Shown here in pieces: positions 37,841 through 49,723 of a DNA stretch of 64,000 nucleotides. Source of the stretch: Escherichia coli. Its GTDB lineage: Bacteria > Pseudomonadota > Gammaproteobacteria > Enterobacterales > Enterobacteriaceae. The position numbers and the translations under genes were made by a program. The stretch lies in NCBI RefSeq assembly GCF_044324785.1, contig NZ_CP172127.1; one strand, given 5' to 3'. Below the pieces are notes generated by a model, which was not told the DNA's origin, made no database searches, and saw only the letters and a list, made by a program, of their open reading frames with translations. Within the stretch, counting starts at the first letter, position 1, and each line of letters opens with the position of its first letter.

Positions 37841-40474
37841 TTATTTGGGAAGCGCTGTTCCCCATTCACGCCACTCTTTCGGTTCACTTTCCTGCAACAG
37901 GAAGTGCTTGCCTTCCTGAGCTTTCGGTGCCAGCGGCGTACCCGGAGGCGTAGCGAAGGCGATGCCGCCACGGATAAACTGGTTAAAGGTGCCGGTTTTT
38001 ACTACGCCGCCCGTCAGACCAAAGTCCAGACTGTAACCCGATGCCAACCAGAAGACGGAATTGTTACGCACCAGGTGTTGATAGCGTTTACTGATGCGCA
38101 TCGCAATCATCACGCGATCTGACAATGTCCCCAGCGTCATTCCGGTAACCGTACCGACTTCCAGACCACGGAACAGCACAGGTGTACCGATACCTAACGA
38201 ACCGGCTTCCGGCGCTTCAACAATAATGCTTAAGCCATCCAGGTAACGCGAATCAGTTATGGTGGCCTCTTGTAATTCAAAGTCGCGGCGAGGATTGCCC
38301 CGGCCTGGTTCGACGTTGATATACGGCTGGAGGATAGTATCAAGATGCTCAACGCCAGCTGCCGAAATTTGCGGTGTGACCACTGAGAAGCGCGTACCAC
38401 CGCGAGCAAAGGTCTGGACATATTCCGGATAGAGCACCGCCTTTGCCTGTACTTCATTGCGCGCGGTAATCAGATCCAGCGTCTGGATTTGCCCGATATC
38501 AATACCGAGATAGCGAATTGGCATCCCGACCGCCAGTTTTCCGGCATCGAAAGCGTGAAGCGTAATCTGCCCGCCAACCGCACGGGCTGCTGTTTCGGAA
38601 GCATACAGAATACGCTTATCGCCTTTACGCTGACTGGCGCTGGCACCGCTGAGGTTATCGAAGCTAATGGCTCCCTTTAATGCTCTGGAGAGCGGGGATG
38701 CCTGTACGGTCAGGCCACTACCATTCAGCTGAACTTTCGCCCCGCCTTCTGCCCAGAACACGCTATTGCTGGTCAGAAGGTTGCGATACTCCGGCTTAAT
38801 ATGCAGATCGATATCAAACGCGTTAGCTCGCGGACGCACAGTAATAACTTCACCAACTTCAAATTTACGGTACAGCACTACCGATCCTGCCTGCACATCC
38901 GGCAGTGTCTCTGCACTCAAACTTACGGTTGTGGTGGGTAAATCGCTAAGGCTGTTCTCCAGCGCTTTTTCCAGATTGGCATACAGTGGATAGCTGGCTT
39001 TCATCTCGCCTTTATCGCCCGGCAGAATACGTATCCCGCCGTTAATCCATTCTGAGGCGCTGGCACCGAGAAACTCAACGCCATCCAGCCCCACCTTCAC
39101 GTCGACACGGCTGTTGACGACAAATTTGCTATCGCCTTTTACCAGTTCGCGATGCTGAGGCTCGATGGCGACGGTAAAGGTGACGCCTTTGCTGGTGAGT
39201 TTACGATCAATAACCTGGCCTACCTGCACGCCGTGAAGAATGAGCGGCTGACCAGCATCAATGCCGTAACTTTCTGGTGCTGTCAGGGTCAGTGTCAGAA
39301 CATCCGGCTCTTGTAGCAGGGCTTTTTCACCTGGCACAACAACGAACTCTTTGCGTGGCTCGCCATCGCCGGGCACCAACTCAAAGGTTTTTCCGGTCAG
39401 CAGGGCGCTGAGATTGGCATCGCTAAGGGATAATTTCGGATTACGTAATTCGATGCGGGTATTTTCACGAAGCAGGGTGACGACGCTGGGATCAACGGTC
39501 ATTTCTCCGGTGACTTTACCACCAGGATTTAAATCCAGTTTAGTCAGCTGTCCGACTTCCAGCCCCTGATACATTAACGGCGTCGAGTCGGCGGTTAATC
39601 CGGCCCCACTCGGCAGTTCCAGTTTTATTATTACGCCACGCTGGCTGTGGGCGAGATCTTCATACAGACCAAAGGTATCTTCCGCCTCGGCAGGTTTCGA
39701 CTCTTCAGGTGAATCGAAGGCAATCGCACCGTTAACCAGTGCCGCCAGACTTTCCAGTTTCACCTTCGCGCCACTGATACTGACGTTGGCATCAACGCCG
39801 GAAACGTTCCAGAAACGGCTACCTTTTTTCACCAGGTCGGTAAAACGCCGCTCGATCAGGACATCAATCACCACACCTTGCTTGTTGGGATTGATGGCAT
39901 AGTCGTAGACTTTTCCGACCGGGATCTTGCGGAAATAGACCAATGAACCGCTGTTCAGCGAACCGAGATCGGGGGCTTGCAGGTGGATCATCAAATCGCC
40001 ATTGTCCAGCCGATATTTCGGTTGGGTATCGAGTGCGACAAAGTGATCCTGCTCTTTACCTTTACCTGGCATCATGCCGATATAGTTACCACCGACGAGG
40101 GCGTCCAGCCCGGAGACACCTGCCAGCGAGGCCTTTGGCGTCACCAGCCAGAACTGTGTCTCTTCGCGCAGCGCATCTTTCATATCGGACTTGATGCTGA
40201 CCTTGACTTCAATCTTACGAAGATCGTCGCTCAGGCTGATATCCTGCACAGTTCCGACTTCAACGCCCTGATAACGAACAGGCGTACGGCCTGGAACAAT
40301 ACCATCCGCCGACATAAAGTCGATGGTGACGGTATTGCCCCGGTCCTGATAACTGTCCCAAATCAGCCAACCAGCAATCATTAGCGCGATGAACGGCAGC
40401 AGCCAGAAAGGTGAGATACGGCGTTTGTTTTTAATCTGCGCTTCAGTCGTCGAAGCGGGCGTTTCCTGACTCAT
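37841..40474 (-). CDS. letB: Lipophilic envelope-spanning tunnel protein LetB (multi-MCE domain)
   Basis: ORF 37841..40516 trimmed to MSQETPAS... (877 aa); repeated MCE domains. Confidence 0.93.
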
Positions 40475-41726
40475 GTGCATCCCAAAGTAAGCGGCTGTCC
40501 AGCCATTCCACAGCAAGAATAGTCAAAATTACCGCTGCGCCGAAATAAAACGCAGCCGGTCCCATAGTAAAAGCGAGGATCTGATCGCGATTAATCAGCG
40601 ACATGGTTAAAGATATGACAAACAGGTCGAGCATCGACCAGCGACCAATCCAGGTCACCATCCGCAGTAACAGAATGCGTGTGCGTAAACCTTGCTGGCA
40701 TTTAAAATGAATACTCAACAGTAAAGTGAACATGACGATCACTTTAGTAAACGGTACCAGAATACTGGCGATAAACACGATTCCCGCAACGGCAATGTTG
40801 CTACTTGCCAGCGACATAATTCCGGAAAGAATTGTATCTTCCTGCCGTCCTCCGTTCAGATAAATGATAGAAATAGGCAACAGGTTGGCAGGTAACAACA
40901 AAACGATTGACGCTAACAGCGCCGCCCAGCATTTTTGCAGACTATGACGGCGACGCAGGCGTAGCGGGATATGGCAACGCGGGCAGCGACCACGCTGATC
41001 AGGATAGCCGGTAAAATGGCACCCAAGACAGACACGGAGTTTCTCGTCCCTACGCGTAGCGGGGCGCTGCGGATAAAATCGCTCCCACAGTTCTTCGACA
41101 TTGAGATGTGACAACGTCACCGTCGTTAAAATCACCAACGCCACAAAAGAGAACAAGCCGACACCCGCCTGGATATGGGCATAATCCTGCACCTTTATAG
41201 AAGCAACGCCAATGCCGACCAGGTAGATATCGAGCATTACCCACTCTTTCAGTCGTTCAAGCATCAGCAGTACCGGACGTAAATTCATTCCCAGTCGGTT
41301 ACCAAACCATAAATAAGCTATGGAGGTCACCAGAATGAGGGGGGCACCGATAACGCAGAAAAAGACCATCGACCCCGTTATCGCATCGCCCTGTTTGGTC
41401 ATTTGCCAGATGCCTTGCATAACGTTGGCGTCAATACGAATGCCTAACAGCCAGATATGCAACAGCGGTTCGCCCCAGGCAAACGGCATAAGCAACAGCA
41501 TGGTGAAGGCCATTGCCGCCAGGCGCGTTAGCGACCAGTCGCGCCCGTCACGAATTTTTGCCTGACAGCGCGGACAATAGGCACTTTGATGAGAATTTAT
41601 CTCGGGCAGGCTAAACAGCATGTCACATTGCGGGCAACGTTGGTAATCACCACGCGGCAGTTCCTCACCGATAGCCCTCACTGTTATCTTTTTTGTCGGC
41701 GTAATTTGTGGTGTGTTAAGAGCCAT
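40443..41726 (-). CDS. letA: Inner membrane protein LetA (PqiA-like)
   Basis: 427-aa polytopic membrane protein with paired Cys zinc-ribbon motifs; overlaps letB start by 32 nt. Confidence 0.92.
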
Positions 41727-41855
41727 GACGTGCCAAATGTAATAAGAATTAACATTAATCTTAACCCATGATGGGAATGATCTTGAGCATTAACGCATTT
41801 AATGCTTATTTTAATAGGCTGGCAGTTCCTGGTAAGACAACCAAGTGATTATATA

Positions 41856-42353
41856 ATGAACAAAACAGAATTTTACGCGGATTTAAATCGCGACTTTAAC
41901 GCGCTGATGGCAGGAGAAACCAGTTTTCTGGCAACGCTTGCGAACACCAGTGCGTTGTTATATGAGCGTCTCACTGACGTAAACTGGGCAGGTTTTTATT
42001 TGCTTGAGGACGATACACTGGTGCTCGGACCATTTCAGGGCAAAATTGCCTGTGTCCGGATACCCGTCGGGCGCGGCGTGTGCGGTACTGCGGTTGCCCG
42101 CAATCAAGTGCAGCGTATCGAGGATGTTCATGCGTTTGACGGGCATATTGCCTGTGATGCGACGAGTAATTCTGAAATTGTTCTGCCGCTGGTGGTGAAA
42201 AATCAGATTATTGGTGTTCTCGACATCGATAGTACCGTCTTCGGTCGCTTTACAGACGAGGACGAGCAAGGCTTACGTCAGCTTGTGGCACAGCTTGAAA
42301 AGGTGCTTGCAACGACGGATTACAAAAAATTCTTTGCGAGCGTCGCAGGATAA
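41856..42353 (+). CDS. msrC: Free methionine-(R)-sulfoxide reductase (GAF domain)
   Basis: ORF trimmed to MNKTEFYADL... (165 aa). Confidence 0.9.
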   Translation: MNKTEFYADLNRDFNALMAGETSFLATLANTSALLYERLTDVNWAGFYLLEDDTLVLGPFQGKIACVRIPVGRGVCGTAVARNQVQRIEDVHAFDGHIACDATSNSEIVLPLVVKNQIIGVLDIDSTVFGRFTDEDEQGLRQLVAQLEKVLATTDYKKFFASVAG

Positions 42354-42449
42354 TCAACGGATAACGTAGCATTTACTGATAGCGTCATTATAATGACGCC
42401 TGTTCATGCCTGCGCTTGTTGGCTACGTCCGTTGTAATCAGGAAATTTC

Positions 42450-43148
42450 ATGGAAAATCAACCTAAGTTGAATAGCAGTAAAGAAGTAATCGCGTTTCTG
42501 GCCGAACGTTTTCCCCACTGTTTCAGTGCGGAAGGTGAAGCGCGTCCGCTGAAAATCGGTATTTTTCAGGATTTGGTCGATCGTGTTGCCGGGGAAATGA
42601 ACCTGAGCAAAACGCAATTGCGATCCGCTTTACGTCTCTACACTTCGAGCTGGCGTTACCTTTACGGTGTTAAACCCGGCGCAACGCGTGTCGATCTTGA
42701 CGGCAACCCATGCGGTGAGCTGGACGAGCAACATGTAGAGCATGCTCGCAAGCAGCTTGAAGAAGCGAAAGCGCGTGTTCAGGCACAGCGTGCTGAACAG
42801 CAAGCGAAAAAACGCGAAGCTGCCGCAGCTGCTGGTGAGAAAGAAGACGCACCGCGCCGTGAACGCAAGCCACGTCCGACCACGCCACGCCGCAAAGAAG
42901 GCGCTGAACGTAAACCTCGTGCGCAAAAGCCGGTAGAGAAAGCGCCAAAAACAGTAAAAGCACCTCGCGAAGAACAGCACACCCCGGTTTCTGACATTTC
43001 AGCTCTGACTGTCGGACAAGCCCTGAAGGTGAAAGCGGGTCAAAACGCGATGGATGCCACCGTATTAGAAATCACCAAAGACGGCGTCCGCGTCCAGCTG
43101 AATTCGGGTATGTCTTTGATTGTGCGCGCAGAACACCTGGTGTTCTGA
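42450..43148 (+). CDS. proQ: RNA chaperone ProQ
   Basis: 232-aa ORF; FinO-like N domain, Lys/Arg/Ala/Glu-rich linker. Confidence 0.95.
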
Positions 43149-43167
43149 AACGGAGGCCGGGCCAGGC

Positions 43168-45216
43168 ATGAACATGTTTTTTAGGCTTACCGCGTTAGCT
43201 GGCCTGCTTGCAATAGCAGGCCAGACCTTCGCTGTAGAAGATATCACGCGTGCTGATCAAATTCCGGTATTAAAGGAAGAGACGCAGCATGCGACGGTGA
43301 GTGAGCGCGTAACGTCGCGCTTCACCCGTTCTCATTATCGCCAGTTCGACCTCGATCAGGCATTTTCGGCCAAAATCTTTGACCGCTACCTGAATCTGCT
43401 CGATTACAGCCACAACGTGCTGCTGGCAAGCGATGTTGAACAGTTCGCGAAAAAGAAAACCGAGTTAGGCGATGAACTGCGTTCAGGAAAACTCGACGTT
43501 TTCTACGATCTCTACAATCTGGCGCAAAAGCGCCGTTTTGAGCGTTACCAGTACGCTTTGTCGGTACTGGAAAAGCCGATGGATTTTACCGGCAACGACA
43601 CTTATAACCTTGACCGCAGCGAAGCGCCATGGCCGAAAAACGAGGCTGAGTTGAACGCGCTGTGGGACAGTAAAGTCAAATTCGACGAGTTAAGCCTGAA
43701 GCTGACAGGAAAAACGGATAAAGAAATTCGTGAAACCCTGACTCGCCGCTACAAATTTGCCATTCGTCGTCTGGCGCAAACCAACAGCGAAGATGTTTTC
43801 TCGCTGGCAATGACGGCGTTTGCACGTGAAATCGACCCGCATACCAACTATCTTTCCCCGCGTAATACCGAACAGTTCAACACTGAAATGAGTTTGTCGC
43901 TGGAAGGTATTGGCGCAGTGCTGCAAATGGATGATGACTACACCGTTATCAATTCGATGGTGGCAGGTGGCCCGGCAGCGAAGAGTAAAGCTATCAGCGT
44001 TGGTGACAAAATTGTCGGTGTTGGTCAAACAGGCAAGCCGATGGTTGACGTGATTGGCTGGCGTCTTGATGATGTGGTTGCCTTAATTAAAGGGCCGAAG
44101 GGCAGTAAAGTTCGTCTGGAAATTTTACCTGCTGGTAAAGGGACCAAGACCCGTACTGTAACGTTGACCCGTGAACGTATTCGCCTCGAAGACCGTGCGG
44201 TTAAAATGTCGGTGAAGACCGTCGGTAAAGAGAAAGTCGGCGTTCTGGATATTCCAGGTTTCTATGTGGGTTTGACAGACGATGTCAAAGTGCAGTTGCA
44301 GAAACTGGAAAAACAGAATGTCAGCAGTGTCATCATCGACCTGCGTAGCAATGGCGGTGGGGCGTTGACTGAAGCGGTATCGCTCTCCGGTCTGTTCATT
44401 CCATCCGGTCCGATTGTTCAGGTCCGTGATAACAACGGTAAAGTTCGTGAAGACAGCGATACCGATGGGCAGGTTTTCTATAAAGGCCCGCTGGTGGTGC
44501 TGGTTGACCGCTTCAGTGCTTCGGCTTCAGAAATCTTTGCCGCGGCAATGCAGGATTACGGTCGTGCGCTGGTTGTGGGTGAACCGACGTTTGGTAAAGG
44601 CACCGTTCAGCAATACCGTTCATTGAACCGTATTTACGATCAGATGTTACGTCCTGAATGGCCAGCACTGGGTTCTGTGCAGTACACGATCCAGAAATTC
44701 TATCGCGTTAACGGCGGCAGTACGCAACGTAAAGGCGTAACGCCAGACATCATCATGCCGACGGGTAATGAAGAAACGGAAACGGGTGAGAAATTCGAAG
44801 ATAACGCGCTGCCGTGGGATAGCATCGATGCCGCGACCTATGTGAAATCGGGAGATTTGACGGCCTTTGGACCGGAGCTGCTGAAGGAACATAATGCGCG
44901 TATCGCGAAAGATCCAGAGTTCCAGAACATCATGAAGGATATCGCGCGCTTCAACGCTATGAAGGACAAGCGCAATATCGTTTCTCTGAATTACGCTGTG
45001 CGTGAGAAAGAGAATAATGAAGATGATGCGACGCGTCTGGCGCGTTTGAACGAACGCTTTAAGCGCGAAGGTAAACCGGAGTTGAAGAAACTGGATGATC
45101 TACCGAAAGATTACCAGGAGCCGGATCCTTATCTGGATGAGACGGTGAATATCGCACTCGATCTGGCAAAGCTTGAAAAAGCCAGACCCGCGGAACAACC
45201 CGCTCCCGTCAAGTAA
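43168..45216 (+). CDS. prc: Tail-specific (C-terminal processing) protease Prc
   Basis: ORF 43120..45216 trimmed to MNMFFRLTALAGLLAIAGQTFA signal peptide (682 aa). Confidence 0.95.
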   Translation: MNMFFRLTALAGLLAIAGQTFAVEDITRADQIPVLKEETQHATVSERVTSRFTRSHYRQFDLDQAFSAKIFDRYLNLLDYSHNVLLASDVEQFAKKKTELGDELRSGKLDVFYDLYNLAQKRRFERYQYALSVLEKPMDFTGNDTYNLDRSEAPWPKNEAELNALWDSKVKFDELSLKLTGKTDKEIRETLTRRYKFAIRRLAQTNSEDVFSLAMTAFAREIDPHTNYLSPRNTEQFNTEMSLSLEGIGAVLQMDDDYTVINSMVAGGPAAKSKAISVGDKIVGVGQTGKPMVDVIGWRLDDVVALIKGPKGSKVRLEILPAGKGTKTRTVTLTRERIRLEDRAVKMSVKTVGKEKVGVLDIPGFYVGLTDDVKVQLQKLEKQNVSSVIIDLRSNGGGALTEAVSLSGLFIPSGPIVQVRDNNGKVREDSDTDGQVFYKGPLVVLVDRFSASASEIFAAAMQDYGRALVVGEPTFGKGTVQQYRSLNRIYDQMLRPEWPALGSVQYTIQKFYRVNGGSTQRKGVTPDIIMPTGNEETETGEKFEDNALPWDSIDAATYVKSGDLTAFGPELLKEHNARIAKDPEFQNIMKDIARFNAMKDKRNIVSLNYAVREKENNEDDATRLARLNERFKREGKPELKKLDDLPKDYQEPDPYLDETVNIALDLAKLEKARPAEQPAPVK

Positions 45217-45221
45217 TATCA

Positions 45222-45252
45222 ATCAGGCACAAGAAATTGTGCCTGATTTTTT
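45222..45252 (+). terminator. Rho-independent terminator after prc
   Basis: atcaggcac-aagaaatt-gtgcctgat hairpin followed by T6. Confidence 0.8.
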
Positions 45253-45330
45253 AACAGCGGCAAGATGCTGTAAATCAGATGCTACAAAATGTAAAGTTGT
45301 GTCTTTCTGGTGACTTACGCACTATCCAGA

Positions 45331-45357
45331 CTTGAAAATAGTCGCGTAACCCATACG
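45331..45357 (+). promoter_or_regulatory. Candidate sigma-32 heat-shock promoter of htpX
   Basis: CTTGAAA (-35) and CCCATAC (-10) resemble the sigma-32 consensus CTTGAAA / CCCCATNT about 50 bp upstream of htpX. Confidence 0.45.
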
Positions 45358-45407
45358 ATGTGGGTATCGCATATTGCGTTTTGTTAAACTGAGGTAAAAA
45401 GAAAATT

Positions 45408-46289
45408 ATGATGCGAATCGCGCTCTTCCTGCTAACGAACCTGGCCGTAATGGTCGTTTTCGGGCTGGTACTGAGCCTGACAGGGATACAGTCGAGCAGC
45501 GTTCAGGGGCTGATGATCATGGCCTTGCTGTTCGGTTTTGGTGGTTCCTTCGTTTCGCTTCTGATGTCCAAATGGATGGCATTACGATCTGTTGGCGGGG
45601 AAGTGATCGAGCAACCGCGTAACGAAAGGGAACGTTGGCTGGTCAATACTGTAGCAACCCAGGCTCGTCAGGCGGGGATCGCTATGCCGCAAGTGGCTAT
45701 CTACCATGCGCCGGACATCAACGCTTTTGCAACCGGTGCGCGCCGTGATGCCTCTCTGGTTGCTGTCAGCACCGGTTTGCTGCAGAACATGAGCCCGGAT
45801 GAAGCCGAGGCGGTAATTGCTCATGAAATCAGCCACATCGCCAATGGTGATATGGTCACCATGACGCTGATTCAGGGCGTGGTGAACACCTTCGTTATCT
45901 TTATTTCCCGTATTCTGGCGCAGCTTGCCGCGGGTTTTATGGGCGGAAATCGTGATGAAGGTGAAGAGAGCAACGGCAACCCGCTGATCTACTTTGCGGT
46001 TGCAACGGTTCTGGAACTGGTGTTTGGTATTCTGGCGAGCATTATCACCATGTGGTTCTCGCGTCATCGTGAATTCCACGCTGATGCGGGTTCAGCAAAA
46101 CTGGTTGGTCGCGAGAAAATGATTGCTGCATTGCAGCGCCTGAAAACCAGCTATGAACCGCAAGAAGCAACCAGCATGATGGCTTTCTGCATTAACGGTA
46201 AGTCGAAATCGCTCAGTGAGTTGTTCATGACTCACCCGCCGCTGGATAAACGTATTGAAGCTCTGCGTACGGGTGAATACCTGAAGTAA
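45408..46289 (+). CDS. htpX: Membrane zinc metalloprotease HtpX
   Basis: 293-aa ORF; HEISH zinc-binding motif. Confidence 0.96.
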
Positions 46290-46304
46290 TATGAAGTAAA
46301 TACT

Positions 46305-46336
46305 AAAAAGCGCGTCCTGATCGACGCGCTTTTTTT
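46305..46336. terminator. Bidirectional terminator between htpX and yebQ
   Basis: A5-gcgcgtc-ctgatc-gacgcgc-T7; the T-run overlaps the yebQ stop codon. Confidence 0.75.
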
Positions 46337-47708
46337 ATGCCCTGGCTCGTGGCTGAGTGATACGTAAACCACTGACACAGGCAGCAATCACTGCCAGAAT
46401 AGCCGCAGCCATCAGCGAGACGTGCGTACCATTATCACCAAACTGATTTAGCATTAGCGCCACCAGCGCCGCGCCGCTACTCTGACCCAGTAGACGAGCC
46501 GTCCCTAACATGCCACTGGCTCCACCGCTACGTTCACGAGGAGCAGAGGTAATAATGGTGTGGTTATTGGGTGACTGGAATAAGCCAAATCCAGCACCAC
46601 ATAAGATCATCGGCCAGATAATATTGATATCCGCAGGTGACGCGGGTAGTAGAACCAGGGAAAAAAGCCCCGCAGCCATGATTAACAATCCTAAAGCACC
46701 CAGCAATCCTGCATGTACGCGTTCAATCAAATAGCCTGCCAGCGGAGCCATCACCATTGTTGCTAACGGCCACGGTGTCAGAAGTAAACCTGTTTCGACT
46801 TCACTACGCCCGAGCACGGTTTGCAGGTAAAAGGGCAGGGAAACCATTGCCAGCATTTGTGCGCAGAAAGAGCAAACAGATGTGCAAATAGAAAGTGTAA
46901 ACAGCGGGATACGCAGTAAATCCACCGGTAGCAGCGGTACGGGAAGAGAAAGCTGGCGGCGAATAAAGAAAATACCAACGACAACCATTACCACCAGTTC
47001 CGCACCAATCAATGTCAGCGATTGCCCCTGAGCGAAACCACTCAACGCAGTGATAAGCAGGCCGAAGGTTAACGCGTTCATCACGGCGCTGGGCAGGTCG
47101 AAACGGGGTTTACTGGCGCGAGAACCATTGGGTGGCAGAAAACGCATTGCCAGAAGCAGGGCGATAATTCCCAACGGTACGTTGATTAAAAATAACCATT
47201 TCCAGGATGCGATGGAGAGGATTGCTGCAGCAATTGTCGGCCCGGCAGCAGAAGAGACGGCAACAATAAACGAGTTTATGCCCATCCCTCTACCCAGAAA
47301 ACGTTGTGGATAGATCAGGCGGATAAGTGCGGTATTAACGCTCATCAAAGCTGCACCGCCGAAACCTTGTATGACACGCGCAAGGGTGAGCATTTGCAGC
47401 GAATCAGAAAGGGCGCAGAACAGTGAAGACAACAGAAAAACGACCAGACCGCATTTATAAACACGTCGATAGCCAAACATATCCCCCAGAAACGAAAACG
47501 AGAGCAGGGAGATGACAATGGCGATTTGATAGGCGTTCACTACCCAGATGGAACTGGCCGGTGTGGCATGAAGGTCTGTGGCGATTGTTGGCAAGGCGAC
47601 GTTGGCGATTGCACCGTCAAGCACAGCCATCGAAATACCAATCACAATGGTTAATATCGCACCGTATCGCTGGGGCAACGGCAGGCCGTCGGCCTGAACT
47701 TTTGGCAT
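46335..47708 (-). CDS. yebQ: MFS transporter (drug:H+ antiporter family)
   Basis: ORF 46335..47819 trimmed to MPKVQADGLPLPQ... (457 aa); polytopic. Confidence 0.85.
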   Translation of the reverse strand: MPKVQADGLPLPQRYGAILTIVIGISMAVLDGAIANVALPTIATDLHATPASSIWVVNAYQIAIVISLLSFSFLGDMFGYRRVYKCGLVVFLLSSLFCALSDSLQMLTLARVIQGFGGAALMSVNTALIRLIYPQRFLGRGMGINSFIVAVSSAAGPTIAAAILSIASWKWLFLINVPLGIIALLLAMRFLPPNGSRASKPRFDLPSAVMNALTFGLLITALSGFAQGQSLTLIGAELVVMVVVGIFFIRRQLSLPVPLLPVDLLRIPLFTLSICTSVCSFCAQMLAMVSLPFYLQTVLGRSEVETGLLLTPWPLATMVMAPLAGYLIERVHAGLLGALGLLIMAAGLFSLVLLPASPADINIIWPMILCGAGFGLFQSPNNHTIITSAPRERSGGASGMLGTARLLGQSSGAALVALMLNQFGDNGTHVSLMAAAILAVIAACVSGLRITQPRARA

Positions 47709-47884
47709 AGGAATTTTATATCTTTGGTGAATAATCAACAGGGGTAAGATTCTAGCACTGATATTCACGGTGGATGTCGCAGAATTGTAACTAACCGGCA
47801 AAAGATGGATTGCGACCACCCAGGTGCGAAATTATAATAAAAAACAGTTCTGATTTTTATAAAACACTCGCAATGAGGTGATAA

Positions 47885-48676
47885 ATGGCTAACGCAGATC
47901 TGGATAAACAGCCTGATTCTGTATCTTCCGTGCTAAAAGTTTTTGGCATTTTGCAGGCGCTGGGTGAAGAGCGCGAAATAGGGATAACCGAGCTGTCGCA
48001 ACGCGTCATGATGTCAAAAAGCACCGTTTATCGCTTTTTACAGACCATGAAAACCCTGGGTTATGTGGCGCAGGAAGGGGAGTCGGAGAAATATTCCCTG
48101 ACCCTGAAATTGTTTGAACTGGGCGCTCGCGCGTTACAAAACGTCGATTTAATTCGTAGCGCAGATATCCAGATGCGTGAGATCTCCCGCCTGACGAAAG
48201 AAACTATCCACCTCGGCGCACTGGACGAAGACAGTATTGTTTACATTCACAAAATTGACTCTATGTACAATTTGCGCATGTATTCACGGATTGGGCGTCG
48301 TAATCCGCTGTACAGCACCGCGATTGGTAAGGTACTGCTGGCATGGCGCGATCGCGATGAAGTGAAGCAAATTCTTGAGGGCGTGGAGTATAAACGCAGT
48401 ACCGAGCGGACCATCACCAGTACAGAAGCGTTATTACCCGTTCTGGACCAGGTGCGCGAGCAGGGGTATGGCGAAGATAACGAAGAGCAGGAAGAAGGGC
48501 TGCGATGCATTGCGGTACCGGTATTTGATCGCTTTGGCGTGGTCATTGCCGGTTTGAGCATCTCCTTCCCGACGTTGCGTTTCTCTGAAGAGCGTTTAAA
48601 GGAATATGTCGCAATGTTGCATACCGCAGCGCGCAAAATTTCTGCCCAAATGGGTTATCACGACTATCCATTCTGA
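47885..48676 (+). CDS. kdgR: IclR-family transcriptional regulator KdgR
   Basis: 263-aa ORF recognised as KdgR. Confidence 0.93.
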   Translation: MANADLDKQPDSVSSVLKVFGILQALGEEREIGITELSQRVMMSKSTVYRFLQTMKTLGYVAQEGESEKYSLTLKLFELGARALQNVDLIRSADIQMREISRLTKETIHLGALDEDSIVYIHKIDSMYNLRMYSRIGRRNPLYSTAIGKVLLAWRDRDEVKQILEGVEYKRSTERTITSTEALLPVLDQVREQGYGEDNEEQEEGLRCIAVPVFDRFGVVIAGLSISFPTLRFSEERLKEYVAMLHTAARKISAQMGYHDYPF

Positions 48677-48683
48677 TGAGAGT

Positions 48684-48723
48684 AAGAACCTGTCTGAATA
48701 TCAAACAGACAGGTTCTTTATTT
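48684..48723 (+). terminator. Rho-independent terminator after kdgR
   Basis: aagaacctgtctg-aatatcaa-acagacaggttctt hairpin followed by T-rich run. Confidence 0.75.
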
Positions 48724-48819
48724 AGCATGAGAAAAATAAAGTTGAAGGTGGCGTTATATTAAACGCACTTCCGATAAGAATATTTTACTCATGAGTGAGA
48801 ATCTGGTTATTTATTACCC

Positions 48820-49059
48820 TTAACCATTATCGACCACAATATTGCTTTTACGTAACAACGGGCAATCTGTTATCCCCAGAAAACCACTTTTAGTGTGCAG
48901 GTATTGTACCGTGCTGGTGCCTCTGGCGGTCAGATAGGTACATTGCAAACCTAATCCCGCGGCATTCTCTTTGCTTCCAATCAAAACGCCATATCCGCTG
49001 AGTAATAATCCTATCCATACCAGTGCTATCAGCATAACTGTGCGAATGATGAATCGCAT
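48820..49059 (-). CDS. yobH: Uncharacterised small membrane protein YobH
   Basis: 79-aa ORF with N-terminal hydrophobic segment. Confidence 0.8.
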   Translation of the reverse strand: MRFIIRTVMLIALVWIGLLLSGYGVLIGSKENAAGLGLQCTYLTARGTSTVQYLHTKSGFLGITDCPLLRKSNIVVDNG

Positions 49060-49217
49060 TACAACCTCTTCTCTTTTTATGTTCGCTTAATCGTAGCGGC
49101 AATATGCGCTGAAGCAAGCGACTCATTCTGAAAAAGCACGAATATCGACATAGTTAGGCGCTGTTTAACTAACGCATGCTAGTTTAATGACATAAGGTAG
49201 GTGAAACGGAGATTGGA

Positions 49218-49361
49218 GTGAAAAAGTTTCGATGGGTCGTTCTGGTTGTCGTGGTGTTGGCTTGCTTGCTGCTTTGGGCGCAGGTATTCAACATGATGTG
49301 CGATCAGGATGTACAATTTTTCAGCGGAATTTGTGCCATTAACCAGTTTATCCCGTGGTGA
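49218..49361 (+). CDS. mgrB: PhoQ-inhibitory small membrane protein MgrB (47 aa)
   Basis: GTG start; encodes [47 protein letters not shown]; below ORF-track cutoff, found by direct reading. Confidence 0.85.
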
Positions 49362-49435
49362 TATCATTTTTTCAGCACTAGATTTTCTTCCTCTCCAGCA
49401 GTGGTAGAATAGCGCCTCTACTCAGAGGTGGTGAA

Positions 49436-49723
49436 ATGAACGAAGTTGTAAATTCAGGCGTGATGAACATTGCGTCTTTGGTTGTATCGGTGGTGGTTCT
49501 TCTTATCGGGCTCATCTTGTGGTTTTTTATCAATCGTGCCAGTTCACGGACTAACGAACAGATTGAACTGCTTGAGGCGTTGCTGGATCAGCAAAAACGT
49601 CAAAATGCACTGTTACGTCGTTTGTGCGAAGCAAACGAACCAGAGAAAGCAGATAAAAAGACCGTTGAGAGTCAAAAATCGGTTGAAGACGAAGATATTA
49701 TTCGTCTGGTCGCCGAACGATAA
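49436..49723 (+). CDS. yebO: Uncharacterised membrane protein YebO
   Basis: 95-aa ORF with N-terminal TM helix. Confidence 0.85.
   Translation: MNEVVNSGVMNIASLVVSVVVLLIGLILWFFINRASSRTNEQIELLEALLDQQKRQNALLRRLCEANEPEKADKKTVESQKSVEDEDIIRLVAER

Noticed and set aside
42630-42997. Cluster of overlapping ORFs (42630-42980, 42670-42963, 42779-42997, 42742-42936) inside proQ
   Set aside because: Artefact of the repetitive Ala/Lys/Arg/Glu-rich ProQ linker, which lacks stop codons in several frames.
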